Positions 45,751 to 56,400 of a DNA stretch of 64,000 nt are shown piece by piece; positions within the stretch are counted from its first letter, which is position 1; every line of letters begins with the position of its first letter. Under the pieces are notes generated by a model. It made no database searches. It had not been told where the DNA came from and saw nothing but the letters and a program-made list of their open reading frames with translations. Source of the stretch: a virus (lineage: Duplodnaviria; Caudoviricetes); the IMG/VR virus record IMGVR_UViG_2667527676_000002, positions 1 to 64,000 of that record. One strand, written 5' to 3'. Both the position numbers and the translations under genes were made by a program.

Positions 45751-48700
45751 ACATCAAGATTCCCGATCTGGACTCGAAGCACCAAGTTTCCGTCATACAC
45801 TTTTATTACCTCTGCAGTCTGGCGCATAAACCCTCCCGACGTTGCGCTGTTCATTGTGAACGCGCCGCCCTTATCCAACTTCCACAGCGGCTCACCGTTG
45901 GCACCGAGGGCGGTCGACTGAATCACGTTGCCGATCTTCGCGTTGGTGATCGAGCCGTCCTGGATCATCGCGTTGTTGATGAACATCTGGCCGCCGACGA
46001 TCGAGACCGGCGCCACGGTCTGCCCGCTGGAACTGTTGAACCAGAGGAAGCGATCAGCCTGGAACGCCATGGTCGTCACGCTCGTACCGCTGTCGAAGCC
46101 CAGCTGCCATCCCGCCGCATACTTCTGCCCGTTGGTATGCGCCTGGAGCTTCACGCTGTAGAGCGCCTTGACGTTGCCATCCAGCGAGGTAACCGCTTGA
46201 GAGGTGGTCTGGATGTTCGCCTCGTTGGTATCGGTGCGCGCGCTGACGGTATCCACCCGCTGCCCCAAGGCGCTGTCCGCGTTGGCGCGGACGGTCTGTT
46301 CGGTGCTGATCGCCGAGGCGTTGCTCGCGACCTGGCTGGATAGCTGATCCAGGCGTTGGACGGTGACAGCATTGTTCGACGCAACGACCGACTCCACGGT
46401 GGCGATCCTGCCCTCCGCCGTCCCGGTCCGCGCCTCCAGCAAGCTCGTCCGCTTCGCCTGCGCTTCGTCCTCGTTCGCCCGCACGGTGACTTCGGTGGCG
46501 GCTCGAGCAATGGTGTCCCAGCCCTTCAGCGCATCCGCCTTCTCTCCCGTCGCGGGCTCCCGGCGGGCAGCAGCCTGCAGAACATCCAGGCTCGAAGCAG
46601 CCGCCTCGACCTTGCCGTCGAGCTCGGTGATATCCGCGGTGTTGGTTGCCACCTGCTGGGCCAGGCCGTTGGCCGTCTCGATCGACTGTCCGATGTCGGC
46701 CCAGTAGGTCGCGTTCGGCGGCGAGGCGTTGAGCGGCACCGCCTGCTTCGCTTGATACAGCCGGTTGCCGACCCGCACGATATCGTTCTTCGCGTAGGTC
46801 TTCGTCGGGTCGTAGGCCAGCACATCGGTCAGATTGTCGATCTGGTCCTGCAGGCCACTGATATCGACCTGCATCTGGTCGATGTCGGCGAAGAACTGCT
46901 CGCCCAGCGCGGACTCGACGTACTCCTGGGTGATCAACTGGTTGTACTCGCTCGCATCCGTCGAGCTGATGCCGTCGACCCAGGCCGACCATGGACCGAC
47001 GTTGCCGGTCCGGTCGATCAGCCGCCCGCGGAAGGCCAAGCGAGCGCCGGCCGCCAGCGAGGTCAGCGTGTGGGTATCGGTCGGGTACGCGAACAAGCCC
47101 AAGGCAGTTGCGTTCTGTTCGCTGCCGCCCGGGGTAACCGACTGCTGGATCTCGGTGTAAGCGGTGTCCGCCGCGCCACTGGCCGGGAATCCCCACTCCA
47201 GGCCGATTTTCCACGGTCCGCTGGTGGAACGCAGGAACGCCAGCGCCGGCGGCACGCCGGTCTTGCCGCTGAGTTGGGTCAGGATCGAACTCTTCCAGGC
47301 CGACGTGATGTCGAACGCCGACACCGCGCGCACTCGCGCCAGATATCCACCTGCGTAGATGCCGGTCACATCGACGCTGGTGGTGCCGGCACGCGGCAGG
47401 CGGATCCAGTTGCCGCTGTCCTTCTTCCACTCCACGTCATAGGCGACAGCCCCTTCCACGGGTGGCCAGGCGATGGTCATCGTGCTGACCGCCAACCCCT
47501 GATCGAACTGGTAGTGCGAGGTCACCGTGACGCTTGCCGGCGGAGGCACCGTGGTGATCGGGATGACGCTGATCGGGCGGCTCTCCAACTTAGCGCCAGT
47601 GTCGATCGCTGAGAACTTCCCGGGCTCGTACTGCAGAGCGGTGATCTCGAAGACACCCCGCTCTGGCTGGCTGACTTTCATCACACGGTAGAGCGGCACC
47701 GCCAGGTCGGCGGCATCGAGGGTCCAGACCAGTTCCGGTAGCGGAGTCTCGCTGTAGGCTGTCGTCACGGTCACCGCGCGCCCGGCGACCGACTGCACGG
47801 TTCGCGCCTCAGCCTTACCACTGGGCAGGTTCAGGAGCAGGCGGTCGCCAGCCTTCGCCTGAGTATCGCGATCCAAGGTGATCACTCGGCCAGCAACCGC
47901 CGAGATCCTCCCGCCGATCTCCCGTCCAGCCAACAGCGCATCAGCCACCGGAATCACCCATCCCGGCAGCGGTATCGCTCCATCCATCCCGGTACGGAAC
48001 GTTACCGTGCGATCCTGGCTGTTGGTCAGGATCGCCCATTTTCCGCGCCGCTGGGCCTCACTCTCGCGGGTGCAGCCAATGGCTGCCACCTCGACCGGGT
48101 TGTCGCCGTAACGCCGCTGCAGGCGCTTATCGGTGGCCACAGCCACGTCGGTGTCGTAGTTGTTCGCCGGATTGTCGTAGCTGACCAAGGCACGGCTGTA
48201 GCGAGTGCGCTCACTGGCCGAGCCGTAGCTGAAGCGGCCGTCGATGACATTGGCCCGGGTGTAGGCGAAATCGACGTCGGTGGCGCGCGGAATATCCGCC
48301 TGGATCTTCAGTTGGCCCTGGGCCCAGTACGCCATGCCGCGGTAGATAGCGGTGAGGTCGCGCAGCAGTTCCCAGGCCCCGGCGCGGCTTTGCAGGTTCA
48401 GGTTGCAGGTGTGGCGCGGCTCCTGGCCACCCTTCCCATCCGGCACCAACTGGTCGCAGTACTGGGAAATCCGGTACATCTCCCAACGGTCTACCATCCA
48501 GGCCTTGATGCGTTTACCCACACCGAAGCGATCGTTGGTCACGATGTCGTAGGTGTGCCAGACCGGGTTGTCGGTCCAGGCCTGTTTCATCGTGCCGTCC
48601 CAGATGCCGAGGTAGGCCCGGGTCTCCGGATCGTAATTGCTCGGCACTTGAACCTTCCGCCCGCGGCAGTCGACTGTGACAGCCGGAATGTTGCTGAACT

Positions 48701-49409
48701 GCTCTGCGCTGAACTCGACATACAGCAGGGCCGTGTTCGGGTAGCGCAGCTTCGCGTCGATCACCTCGGTGTAGCCGGCGATCAGCATGGTGTCGGCGAT
48801 ACGGTTGTTGTTCTGGTTCGGCGTCAGGCGCCGCACGCGCAACTGCCAGCCACTGGTGGCCGCCGGCAGGTCGATTCGGCGGGAGCGCTCGTAGCGGGTG
48901 GTGGTCTTGCCATCGACGGCCTCGCGCAGCACCTCCTGATAGGCGCCGCCGTCGGTGGCCAGATCTACGGCGTATTCGATCCGGTACCCGCCGATGTTGC
49001 CGTTGGTGTCCTGCTGCTGGAGCGCCGGCCAGGCGAAGCGCAGACGCACTGCGGAAAGCTGGGTATTGCTCAGCGAGCGCACCCAAGGCGTATCGCTGCG
49101 CAACTCGACGTTGACACTGGTTTCGTTCTCAACGGCAGGGATGCCCGGGATGTAGTCCTGGTCCACCGCTCCCGCGCGCCACTCCCACTTAACGTTCGGG
49201 AAGTTCAGGTTACCGCTCGGGTCCATCAGCGGGGTGTTGTCGAGGTAGATATCGCGCTCGCTCGGAACGCCGGCGAACTCGCCCTCGCCCACGGCGAGCA
49301 GAATCTTGGCCATCGCGACCGAGCGCAGGCTGTCGGGTGCCTCGACCGGCTGTTTCGGTTTGCTACTGCCGCCCTTGCGGCCGGTCAGGTGCTGGTGAAC
49401 TGCGCCCAT
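45747..49409 (-). CDS. Central tail fibre/host specificity protein J
   Basis: GRKGGSSK, VGEGEF, YPNTAL, AWTDNPVW, C-terminal RVQIGNL. Confidence 0.95.
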   Translation of the reverse strand: MGAVHQHLTGRKGGSSKPKQPVEAPDSLRSVAMAKILLAVGEGEFAGVPSERDIYLDNTPLMDPSGNLNFPNVKWEWRAGAVDQDYIPGIPAVENETSVNVELRSDTPWVRSLSNTQLSAVRLRFAWPALQQQDTNGNIGGYRIEYAVDLATDGGAYQEVLREAVDGKTTTRYERSRRIDLPAATSGWQLRVRRLTPNQNNNRIADTMLIAGYTEVIDAKLRYPNTALLYVEFSAEQFSNIPAVTVDCRGRKVQVPSNYDPETRAYLGIWDGTMKQAWTDNPVWHTYDIVTNDRFGVGKRIKAWMVDRWEMYRISQYCDQLVPDGKGGQEPRHTCNLNLQSRAGAWELLRDLTAIYRGMAYWAQGQLKIQADIPRATDVDFAYTRANVIDGRFSYGSASERTRYSRALVSYDNPANNYDTDVAVATDKRLQRRYGDNPVEVAAIGCTRESEAQRRGKWAILTNSQDRTVTFRTGMDGAIPLPGWVIPVADALLAGREIGGRISAVAGRVITLDRDTQAKAGDRLLLNLPSGKAEARTVQSVAGRAVTVTTAYSETPLPELVWTLDAADLAVPLYRVMKVSQPERGVFEITALQYEPGKFSAIDTGAKLESRPISVIPITTVPPPASVTVTSHYQFDQGLAVSTMTIAWPPVEGAVAYDVEWKKDSGNWIRLPRAGTTSVDVTGIYAGGYLARVRAVSAFDITSAWKSSILTQLSGKTGVPPALAFLRSTSGPWKIGLEWGFPASGAADTAYTEIQQSVTPGGSEQNATALGLFAYPTDTHTLTSLAAGARLAFRGRLIDRTGNVGPWSAWVDGISSTDASEYNQLITQEYVESALGEQFFADIDQMQVDISGLQDQIDNLTDVLAYDPTKTYAKNDIVRVGNRLYQAKQAVPLNASPPNATYWADIGQSIETANGLAQQVATNTADITELDGKVEAAASSLDVLQAAARREPATGEKADALKGWDTIARAATEVTVRANEDEAQAKRTSLLEARTGTAEGRIATVESVVASNNAVTVQRLDQLSSQVASNASAISTEQTVRANADSALGQRVDTVSARTDTNEANIQTTSQAVTSLDGNVKALYSVKLQAHTNGQKYAAGWQLGFDSGTSVTTMAFQADRFLWFNSSSGQTVAPVSIVGGQMFINNAMIQDGSITNAKIGNVIQSTALGANGEPLWKLDKGGAFTMNSATSGGFMRQTAEVIKVYDGNLVLRVQIGNLDV

Positions 49410-49467
49410 GCTTTCCTCCGGGCATGAAAAAGCCCGCCGAAGCGGGCATTGGTGGGCCAGGCAGAGC

Positions 49468-49968
49468 CTACGCGGCGCTATCCAAACCGAGCGTCATCTG
49501 CAACTGGTCACGCCAATATTCGACTTGTTGAATCAGTCCCGACTTCCTCTGCTTCCACCGAGCTAACTCACGACCATTGAGGCTGGCCAGTTCCCGAGCA
49601 TCACGCAGTTCGCGGCACGCACGGTCGAACTGCCGCTTTTCGGTGAGTTCGCCCCGTAGGAGAGCATCGATGTGCAGGTCACACCAAACAGCAAAATCAA
49701 CATCGAGCCAGCGAGCAAATGCCACAGCCAGCTTCGGATGCAGCCAGGTGCCACCGGCACGCCCCTTCGAAGTCTTAACTAAAAGGTGGGATTCCCCCAC
49801 ATTTAAATGGCGCGCCAGTGCGTCCGTGTATTTCACCGTATCCGGCAGGCGCAGCCATTCCACCGGTTTTTTGCCGAAACGCTTGGCCACATCCGTGGCA
49901 TTGATCCAACCATCGGAATTGAATCGAACAGCCTGGCCCTGGTAGTTGAAGGGAATAACGTTAGACAT
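49468..49968 (-). CDS. KilA-N domain protein (antirepressor-like)
   Basis: WINATDVAKRFGK, GGTWLHPKLAVAFARWL. Confidence 0.9.
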   Translation of the reverse strand: MSNVIPFNYQGQAVRFNSDGWINATDVAKRFGKKPVEWLRLPDTVKYTDALARHLNVGESHLLVKTSKGRAGGTWLHPKLAVAFARWLDVDFAVWCDLHIDALLRGELTEKRQFDRACRELRDARELASLNGRELARWKQRKSGLIQQVEYWRDQLQMTLGLDSAA

Positions 49969-49998
49969 AGTGATGCTCCATCCGCCTGAAAAAGAGAA

Positions 49999-50060
49999 GT
50001 GCAGGCAGGGGCGTAGGCGGAGCTGGACCGACCCTTTTCGGTAGCGAGCCTAGCCTGCAC
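49999..50060 (-). ncRNA. c4-like structured antisense RNA element
   Basis: 8-bp closing stem; internal TCCGCCT and GAAAA are complementary to TTTTCAGGCGGA next to the KilA-N RBS. Confidence 0.6.
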
Positions 50061-50202
50061 GTGTACCCCAGTTGGGGGGGCGGGCACAAAAAAGCCCCGG
50101 CACGCCGTGCGGCGTCCGAGGCTTTGGGTTTTCTGTGGGCACAAAAAAAGCGCCTTTAGGCGCCTTAGGGAAGTCAGTTACTTTTGTTCCAACAATGCCT
50201 GA

Positions 50203-50231
50203 ACCATACAGTTTTTGATTATCAAACGCAA
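50203..50231 (-). promoter_or_regulatory. Sigma70-like promoter of the KilA-N moron
   Basis: TTGCGT-N17-TATGGT. Confidence 0.55.
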
Positions 50232-50291
50232 CTCATGCGGCTGTAAGAATCGGCAACGTATATGTATCTTGCCCCCTTTCCACGCGGATGG

Positions 50292-50876
50292 CTACACCTT
50301 GTCCTCGGCGTAAATCGAAGCCGAGATAATCGCCCCGCCCCAACGGCGCTTCCCGTAGCAGATCGGCACCGGGTTCCCGCTGGCGGTGGTGTTTCTGGCG
50401 CTGCCGAAGGCGTAGCTGGGCAAGTTCTCCGGCGCCGCGCTCTGCTTCAGGCCCTGGGCCTGGGGGCTGAGCATTTGGATGACGCCGCCTGCAACCATCC
50501 CTATCCCTGCAGGCAGCGCATACGGGGCTATGACGGGAAAAGCGTAGGAAGCAGCGATCAGCACAGCCCCGACTATCGTCTGCACCAACCCGCCACGCTT
50601 CCGGCCACGCATGACCGGAGCAATGCGAATTTCCTCGGCGCCCCCGAACTGCAGCTCATCTTCGGAAATGTTCCGTTTCCCACGGAATACAACGAACTCC
50701 ATGCCTCGCAGGTGGGCATTGGCGAGGAAGCGCTCGAGGCCTGGAATTTGCACGCACAAGGCCTTGATCGCTTCAGCAGTCGACCCGACGAGCATACGGT
50801 ACTCCCGGCCGAACTGCCGGAGCGCGCCGTAGAGTTTTATGGTGGTCATCGGAGTGTGGTGCGCTGCGGTGGTCAT
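50292..50876 (-). CDS. Tail assembly protein I
   Basis: TIKLYGALRQFG, GNPVPICYG..GGAIISA. Confidence 0.92.
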   Translation of the reverse strand: MTTAAHHTPMTTIKLYGALRQFGREYRMLVGSTAEAIKALCVQIPGLERFLANAHLRGMEFVVFRGKRNISEDELQFGGAEEIRIAPVMRGRKRGGLVQTIVGAVLIAASYAFPVIAPYALPAGIGMVAGGVIQMLSPQAQGLKQSAAPENLPSYAFGSARNTTASGNPVPICYGKRRWGGAIISASIYAEDKV

Positions 50877-50941
50877 GCGTCTCTCCAGGTAATAAAAAAC
50901 CGCCCGGAGGCGGTCTGAAGACGTTCAATACGGTTCAAGAG

Positions 50942-51523
50942 CTAGTTCTTGTACATCATGACAAAACCATCGACACCCATTTCTACCCTAAGCATAGCAA
51001 GCTGAGCTTCAGCACTTTCTCTTTTCTTCCATGGCCCAACGAAGATCCTCAAGACTCCATCACCACTTTTCTCGGTGAATACCGGGTAATGAAATTTCTC
51101 CAGATTACCCAGCAACCATTCCGACCTACCTGCGACTGAAACTCTGGCAACCCAGTATGGGGTAGATGTACTAGGGTCTGGGCCATCGGGCTTTATGGGC
51201 ATAAACGCAATAACGCCTTTGGGTAGCTTACCTGGCTGACATGCACCTTCAACTACCCAACTATCAATATCTCCAACCATAGCATCAAGGCCGCGCTCTT
51301 CGCGATCGACCACAATAAAGGGCTGAAAGCCGGTATATCCTCCGAAAGAGTTCTTGGCGTTTACTTCGCCGCAATATAGCCCCTTCCGGACCTCACGCTC
51401 ATTCTGAAATCTGGCTGATTGCGGATCCTTCAACTTTTCGGAGACCGCATTCCGAACTTCACGTTCCTCACTGCAGCCTACAAGGGCGACAGCAAAGCAA
51501 GTCATGACGAATATCCCCTTCAT
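50942..51523 (-). CDS. Lipoprotein moron with C-terminal SPOR-like domain
   Basis: ALVGC lipobox; LKDPQSARF, CGEVNAKNSFGGYTG; RIFVGPWKKRESAE; own extended -10 at 51548-51556. Confidence 0.75.
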   Translation of the reverse strand: MKGIFVMTCFAVALVGCSEEREVRNAVSEKLKDPQSARFQNEREVRKGLYCGEVNAKNSFGGYTGFQPFIVVDREERGLDAMVGDIDSWVVEGACQPGKLPKGVIAFMPIKPDGPDPSTSTPYWVARVSVAGRSEWLLGNLEKFHYPVFTEKSGDGVLRIFVGPWKKRESAEAQLAMLRVEMGVDGFVMMYKN

Positions 51524-51594
51524 ACCCCCTCCATAGTTGTTGATGGGACTCTACCATCACCGCTCCGGCGCCAGAACCCAGCAGACTGTTGACC

Positions 51595-52359
51595 TCAGGT
51601 AGTCAAGGGGCGCACCCGGTGCCGCAGCACCAGTCGCATCCGATCGAGCCACGGCCCGCCGAACACGATGATCTCTGAGGGCTTCCCATACAGGTGGTGC
51701 AGCAGGAAAGGCCCGGCGCCGAAGTGCTGCACATCCTCGCCAGGTAGTGATGGGTCGTCCGCCAGGTATATCCCGGCATGGTTCGGGTGCGCAGTACGCC
51801 CCACCGCCATCACGATCATGTCGCCACGCTGCGGCCGGTCCACCCGGATGAAACCGGCCCCCTCGAACCGCTGCTCGTAGAGGCTCGGACCGTCTGCCCG
51901 CTCCCACCAGCCGTCGGCACGCTCGAAGTGCGGGAACTCGATGCCCCACGCCCTCTGGTACCAGTCCGAGCAGACCTGCCAGCAGTCCTGCACCCCATGC
52001 ACGAAGGCGCGCCCAAGCAGCGGCACCTGGTCGACAGGCTCGATGGTGCGCAGGTCGCCTTCCGGCCAGCTCAGGATGTGCCAAGTCAGGCCCGAGGCGT
52101 TGCACATCGCGACGTCAGCGGCACTCGGTCGGCTGGTGGCATCGGGGTGGCTATGCACCACGGCGACGATCTCGCCCTGGTCCTCTGCCTCTGCATACGC
52201 CGCCGGTGCTATGCGGAACTCTTCGCTGGCGTCGGCAGCAGTGTTTTCGCAGGGAACGTACCGCTGGCTCCGGCCGGAACGGATGATCAAGCCGCAGCAC
52301 TCGCGCGGGTACTCTGCCGCGGCGTGCTTCTGCACGGCAGACAGGATGTGCTTGAGCAT
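51595..52359 (-). CDS. Tail assembly protein K (JAB + NlpC/P60)
   Basis: YPRECCG, HSHPD..PSAAD, DCW, NHAGIY. Confidence 0.93.
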   Translation of the reverse strand: MLKHILSAVQKHAAAEYPRECCGLIIRSGRSQRYVPCENTAADASEEFRIAPAAYAEAEDQGEIVAVVHSHPDATSRPSAADVAMCNASGLTWHILSWPEGDLRTIEPVDQVPLLGRAFVHGVQDCWQVCSDWYQRAWGIEFPHFERADGWWERADGPSLYEQRFEGAGFIRVDRPQRGDMIVMAVGRTAHPNHAGIYLADDPSLPGEDVQHFGAGPFLLHHLYGKPSEIIVFGGPWLDRMRLVLRHRVRPLTT

Positions 52360-52361
52360 GG

Positions 52362-53111
52362 TCAGCTCCTGGCGATGATCGAGACGGCAGGGAAGCCGCC
52401 GAAGGGCAGTTGGTTCCCTTCACCGAAGCGCGGGATGCAACCGGTGCCCAGGCAGCCATCACACTCGTCCCGGGCTGGATCATCGGTGGGGTTGCCGTCG
52501 ATGTCGAAGTACGGGCCGGTGTAGCCGCAGTCGGGCCCGCGATACCCGCCCGTCATCGCCCAGTGGCAAAGGGTGGTCATCTGCCGGCCGACCTGCTCGC
52601 CGCCAACGTCGCCTGGCGAGGCCAGTTCCCAAGCCACATACTGGCCGTCCTCGTTGGTTTTCTGGTCCAAGTACCAGATTTCGACGATCTCCTGGGAGGG
52701 ATCAGCGTCGGGATTGCCGCCAGGGAAGTTCGCCGCGTCCAGATATTTCGCCAGCGTCGTCCGGATGGTGAGGCGGAACTGGAGCAGGTCCTCGAACGCC
52801 AGGCAGAGCGCCGTAATCCGGCCATTGACGTTGCCGGCGGTGAAGCTCGGCCGCGCCGCAGTACCATCGCTGTTGGCCTCGATGCCCTCGATCTGCACCG
52901 GCCAGGCCGCGTATTCGCGGCCCTGCCACCAGATCGATTTCGCCGGCAACTGGTCGGCGTTGGCGCCGGCGGCGGCCAGTTCCTGCGGACTGTGCGGGAT
53001 AGCGTGACCGTGGAACCGGACCACGTCGGCGCCGAAGTCGCTGCCGTCAAGCTCGAACAACACGACCTCGCCGCCCGGCTCCAGCTTCTGGATATCGGTG
53101 ATCAGTGTCAT
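52362..53111 (-). CDS. Minor tail protein L
   Basis: IQKLEPG, Cys-rich C-terminus, LPFGGFP. Confidence 0.93.
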   Translation of the reverse strand: MTLITDIQKLEPGGEVVLFELDGSDFGADVVRFHGHAIPHSPQELAAAGANADQLPAKSIWWQGREYAAWPVQIEGIEANSDGTAARPSFTAGNVNGRITALCLAFEDLLQFRLTIRTTLAKYLDAANFPGGNPDADPSQEIVEIWYLDQKTNEDGQYVAWELASPGDVGGEQVGRQMTTLCHWAMTGGYRGPDCGYTGPYFDIDGNPTDDPARDECDGCLGTGCIPRFGEGNQLPFGGFPAVSIIARS

Positions 53112-53446
53112 GGATGGAATGCCTGTTCAAAGGTCGCGGTCAGCCGGTAGACCCGGCCACCGAGGTTGACGGGCCGGTAGCCCGCACAGGTGTAGAAGCC
53201 CAGGTCGCCCAGGGGCGGCGTCCAGAGAAATGCACGCGCTCCGGTGTGGCGGTCCAGGAAGTCCATCACGGCCTTGATCGTCGCCGCCGGCCCGGTGATG
53301 GACACCGGCCAGCTCTGGGACTTGCTGTTCAGACCTTCGCTCACCAACTGCTTGTAGCCGTCACCGAATTGCGAGGACCTGGTGGCGAAGGTTATGTCGC
53401 CCTCGCCACCGCTCTCGGTGGACCAAGTGAAGGTTTCGATTGCCAT
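53108..53446 (-). CDS. Minor tail protein M
   Basis: FGDGYKQ..GLN, FLWTPP. Confidence 0.92.
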   Translation of the reverse strand: MAIETFTWSTESGGEGDITFATRSSQFGDGYKQLVSEGLNSKSQSWPVSITGPAATIKAVMDFLDRHTGARAFLWTPPLGDLGFYTCAGYRPVNLGGRVYRLTATFEQAFHP

Positions 53447-53451
53447 GTGCT

Positions 53452-56400
53452 CTACCCGTTGATGGCCCGGCCGATCGCACCGTCACGCCGCAGATCACGC
53501 GCCAGGAGTTGTCGGTATTTCTGCTCGACGAACGTCCCGATGTCGCGACCGAACTGGTCCAGGCCAGGCTGGCTGCTGGAGACGTTGGCCGAACCATCCG
53601 AGGCAATGTTCACCTCGACGTTGATCTGCGAACCGCCGCCGCCCATAGCGCGCACACCGAGGGCGCCGGACGAGGTTCTGGTCAGCGGCATCACTGCCTC
53701 AGGCCCCGCTTCGCCCATCACACCCAGGCGGCCGCCGCTCATGCCGAACGCGGTTGGCGTGCTGACCACGCTGTTGGTGAATGCCCCGCCAGCGGCGAAC
53801 ATCTGCACGCCGCCGGCGAACGCACCACCGTTGGCGAACAGCCCGCTGTTGCTCACAAGGTTGTCGACACCAGACTGCGCGGCAGCGTTTCCACCGCCGA
53901 AGAAGCCGCCGAAGAGGGACGAGAGGGCCTGCGAGGCAGCGGCGCGCGTTGCAATCCGCGCCATGTCGGCCAGGATGCTCTTGGCGAAGTCGGAGAACGA
54001 CAGCTTGCCGGTCGTGGCGAAGGTCGCGACCGCATCTTCCATGCCGCGGAAGGCGTTGGTGAACAGGTCATGTGTCTGTCCGGCGACATTCCTGGCGCTT
54101 TCGAGATAGTCGTTCCAGGCTCCGCTCGCTCCGTTGCTCCAGTCTGACTGGGCAGCGGTCATCTGGTCGTAGTTGCTGACCACGGTGTCTCGCAGGTCCT
54201 GATGCGCCTTCCTGAGCGTAGCCAGACGTTTCTCGTACTCCTCGTCCGACATCTGCCGGCTGGGATCGGAGCGCTGGTTCTCCAGGTCCATCAGTTGCTG
54301 GTTGTAGCGGTCGTCGAGACTGTTCAACTGCTCGAAGCGGGACCGCTCTCGTCCGCCCATGCTGACACCGGCCGCAGCGCGCTCGCCCTCCAGGCGCAAC
54401 GCATCGACCTGGGCCTGCAGAGCCTGCGTATAGCGCTGCACCGACTGCTCCTGTCGCCGAAGCCTCCCCTGCTCGCTGAGTTCGATTTGGTTGAGCTGTG
54501 AATCGGCGTCCTGCTGCGCCTTGACCAGCGCCGACCTGGCGTCGGCGATCTTCTGGTCGAGTTGGATTCGCTGGGCTGCCGAGGTTCCTTGCTTCGCCCT
54601 GGCAGCCTCCAGCGCTGCGATTTCACGCTCGTAGGCATGGGTGACCTCATCCCGCTCCTGCTGGATGATCGAGATGCGCTGCTGCGCGTAACTTTCCGCG
54701 CTGATCACGCCTGCGCGTTGGGATGCCTCCAATTCCTTTTGCGCGTTACGGTAGGTCGCGGTGATCTCGGCCAAGCTGTTCTTCGCGGCGTTGGCCGCGC
54801 GTAGGTCCACCGAACCGGCGGAGCCCTTCTGGTCCTTGTACTTGGCGTTGATGTTGGCGATCTCGCGATCGATGGTCGCCTGCTGCAGGCGGTCATCGTT
54901 CGGGTTCACCTCGCGGATCGCCTGTAGATCCTTCTTGTACTGCTCCAACTCCTTGGCGCGCTTCTGCTGGTTGGTCAGCGCCGCCCTGGAACGAGCGTCG
55001 ATCCGGTCAATAGCATTCTGGGCGGCCTGTTCAGCCCGAGCGCGCTCGCCGGCGGTTCTGGCATCGTCCTCCATCGCCTTCTTCCGCTCGCTGAGCATGT
55101 CGAGCTCTTCGCGCAGGCGGTTCCGGCTCTCGTCGCGGTTGCCGACCAGGCCGAAACCACCTTGATCGAGCTGGGCAAGGCGCCGCTCCACGTCGGCGAT
55201 CTGGGAGTCGATGTCCTGGCGACCAATGCTCTTGGCATCATCCCATGCGCGCTTCGCAGCACGTGCGACTCCATCCCAAGCACGCTCAATCCAACCCAGG
55301 TTCTCCAGAATCTTCGGGGTCCGCTGGTTGATTGCGTCAGCGTAGGCCTCAGTCGCCAGCTTCACCGCGCCGGTGTGATCCCCCTGCTCCTCCAGCGCCT
55401 TGATCTGCGAGTAGACGGATGCGGTGAGGTAGTTGTACTGCTCGTTCAGGGCCTTCGAGGCCTTCACAGGGTCCTCTCCCAGCCTCACGAACTCGGCGAC
55501 GGTATCCCCCACCGCGCGGCCAGTTGCCTCTTCCATCGACAGCGCGGCCTGGGTGATGGCAACGAAGCTTTCGCTGGCCAGGTCTCCCTTGCCCGCCAGG
55601 GTGGCCAGCACTTCGGCAGCAGCTCCGGTCGTGCCAACCGTATTGCTGACTTGGCGCGCCATTTCGCCCAGTTCAGAGGCGCTGGTACCAGCGTAGTTGC
55701 CGGTCATGATCAGCGCCTTGTTGTATTCGCCCTGTTCCTTGCTGCCCAAGTACGCCGCCGCAGTCACACCACCGATCGCCGCTGCCAGCAGCCCAATCGG
55801 GGCCAGGACGCCGATAACACCGCGAGCGGCGCCGCCGGCGTTCACACCGATCTCGGCGATGTTGTGGGCGGCGACCCGCCAGTTACCGGTGGAGAGGGCG
55901 TTACCCAACTGCAACACATTCTCGCGCGCTTCCTTGCTGGTCAGCCCGAGCTTGTTGATCGCGCCGCCGGTCCCTTCGATGTCCCGCCGCTTCGCCGCGA
56001 TCTTCTCCAGGCCGGCGGCCAATCCGGCGTCATCCAGCCCGCCGGCGGCGCGCAGCCCACGCAACGCGGCTTCCTGCTTCTCAAGCCTGGCCAACGCGGC
56101 GGTCACCGGATCGATGCTGTTGACCGTGCGTTGCATCGCTTCGATCTGACGGTTCTGCGCCGCGACCAGGCGCTGCTTCTCGGCGGCCTCCTTGGTTTCC
56201 GCCTTCTGCAACCGGTCATAGGCCGCACCCAGGCGATCCTGATACTGCGCCTCGTCCTGCAGCGTGGTCAGGCCGGCCTTGCGCGCCCGCTCGAGCAAGC
56301 TCTCGGCGCGAATCAGATCGTCGATGTTGGCGACGTTGCCGGAGAGCGCCCGTTCCAACTGGCTGATGATGGATATCTCGCCAGCGGCACTGTCGTATAC

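Noticed and set aside
50196-50211. LexA box upstream of the KilA-N gene
   Set aside because: CTG..CAG spacing is 7 nt rather than 10; the sequence is better explained as a -10 element
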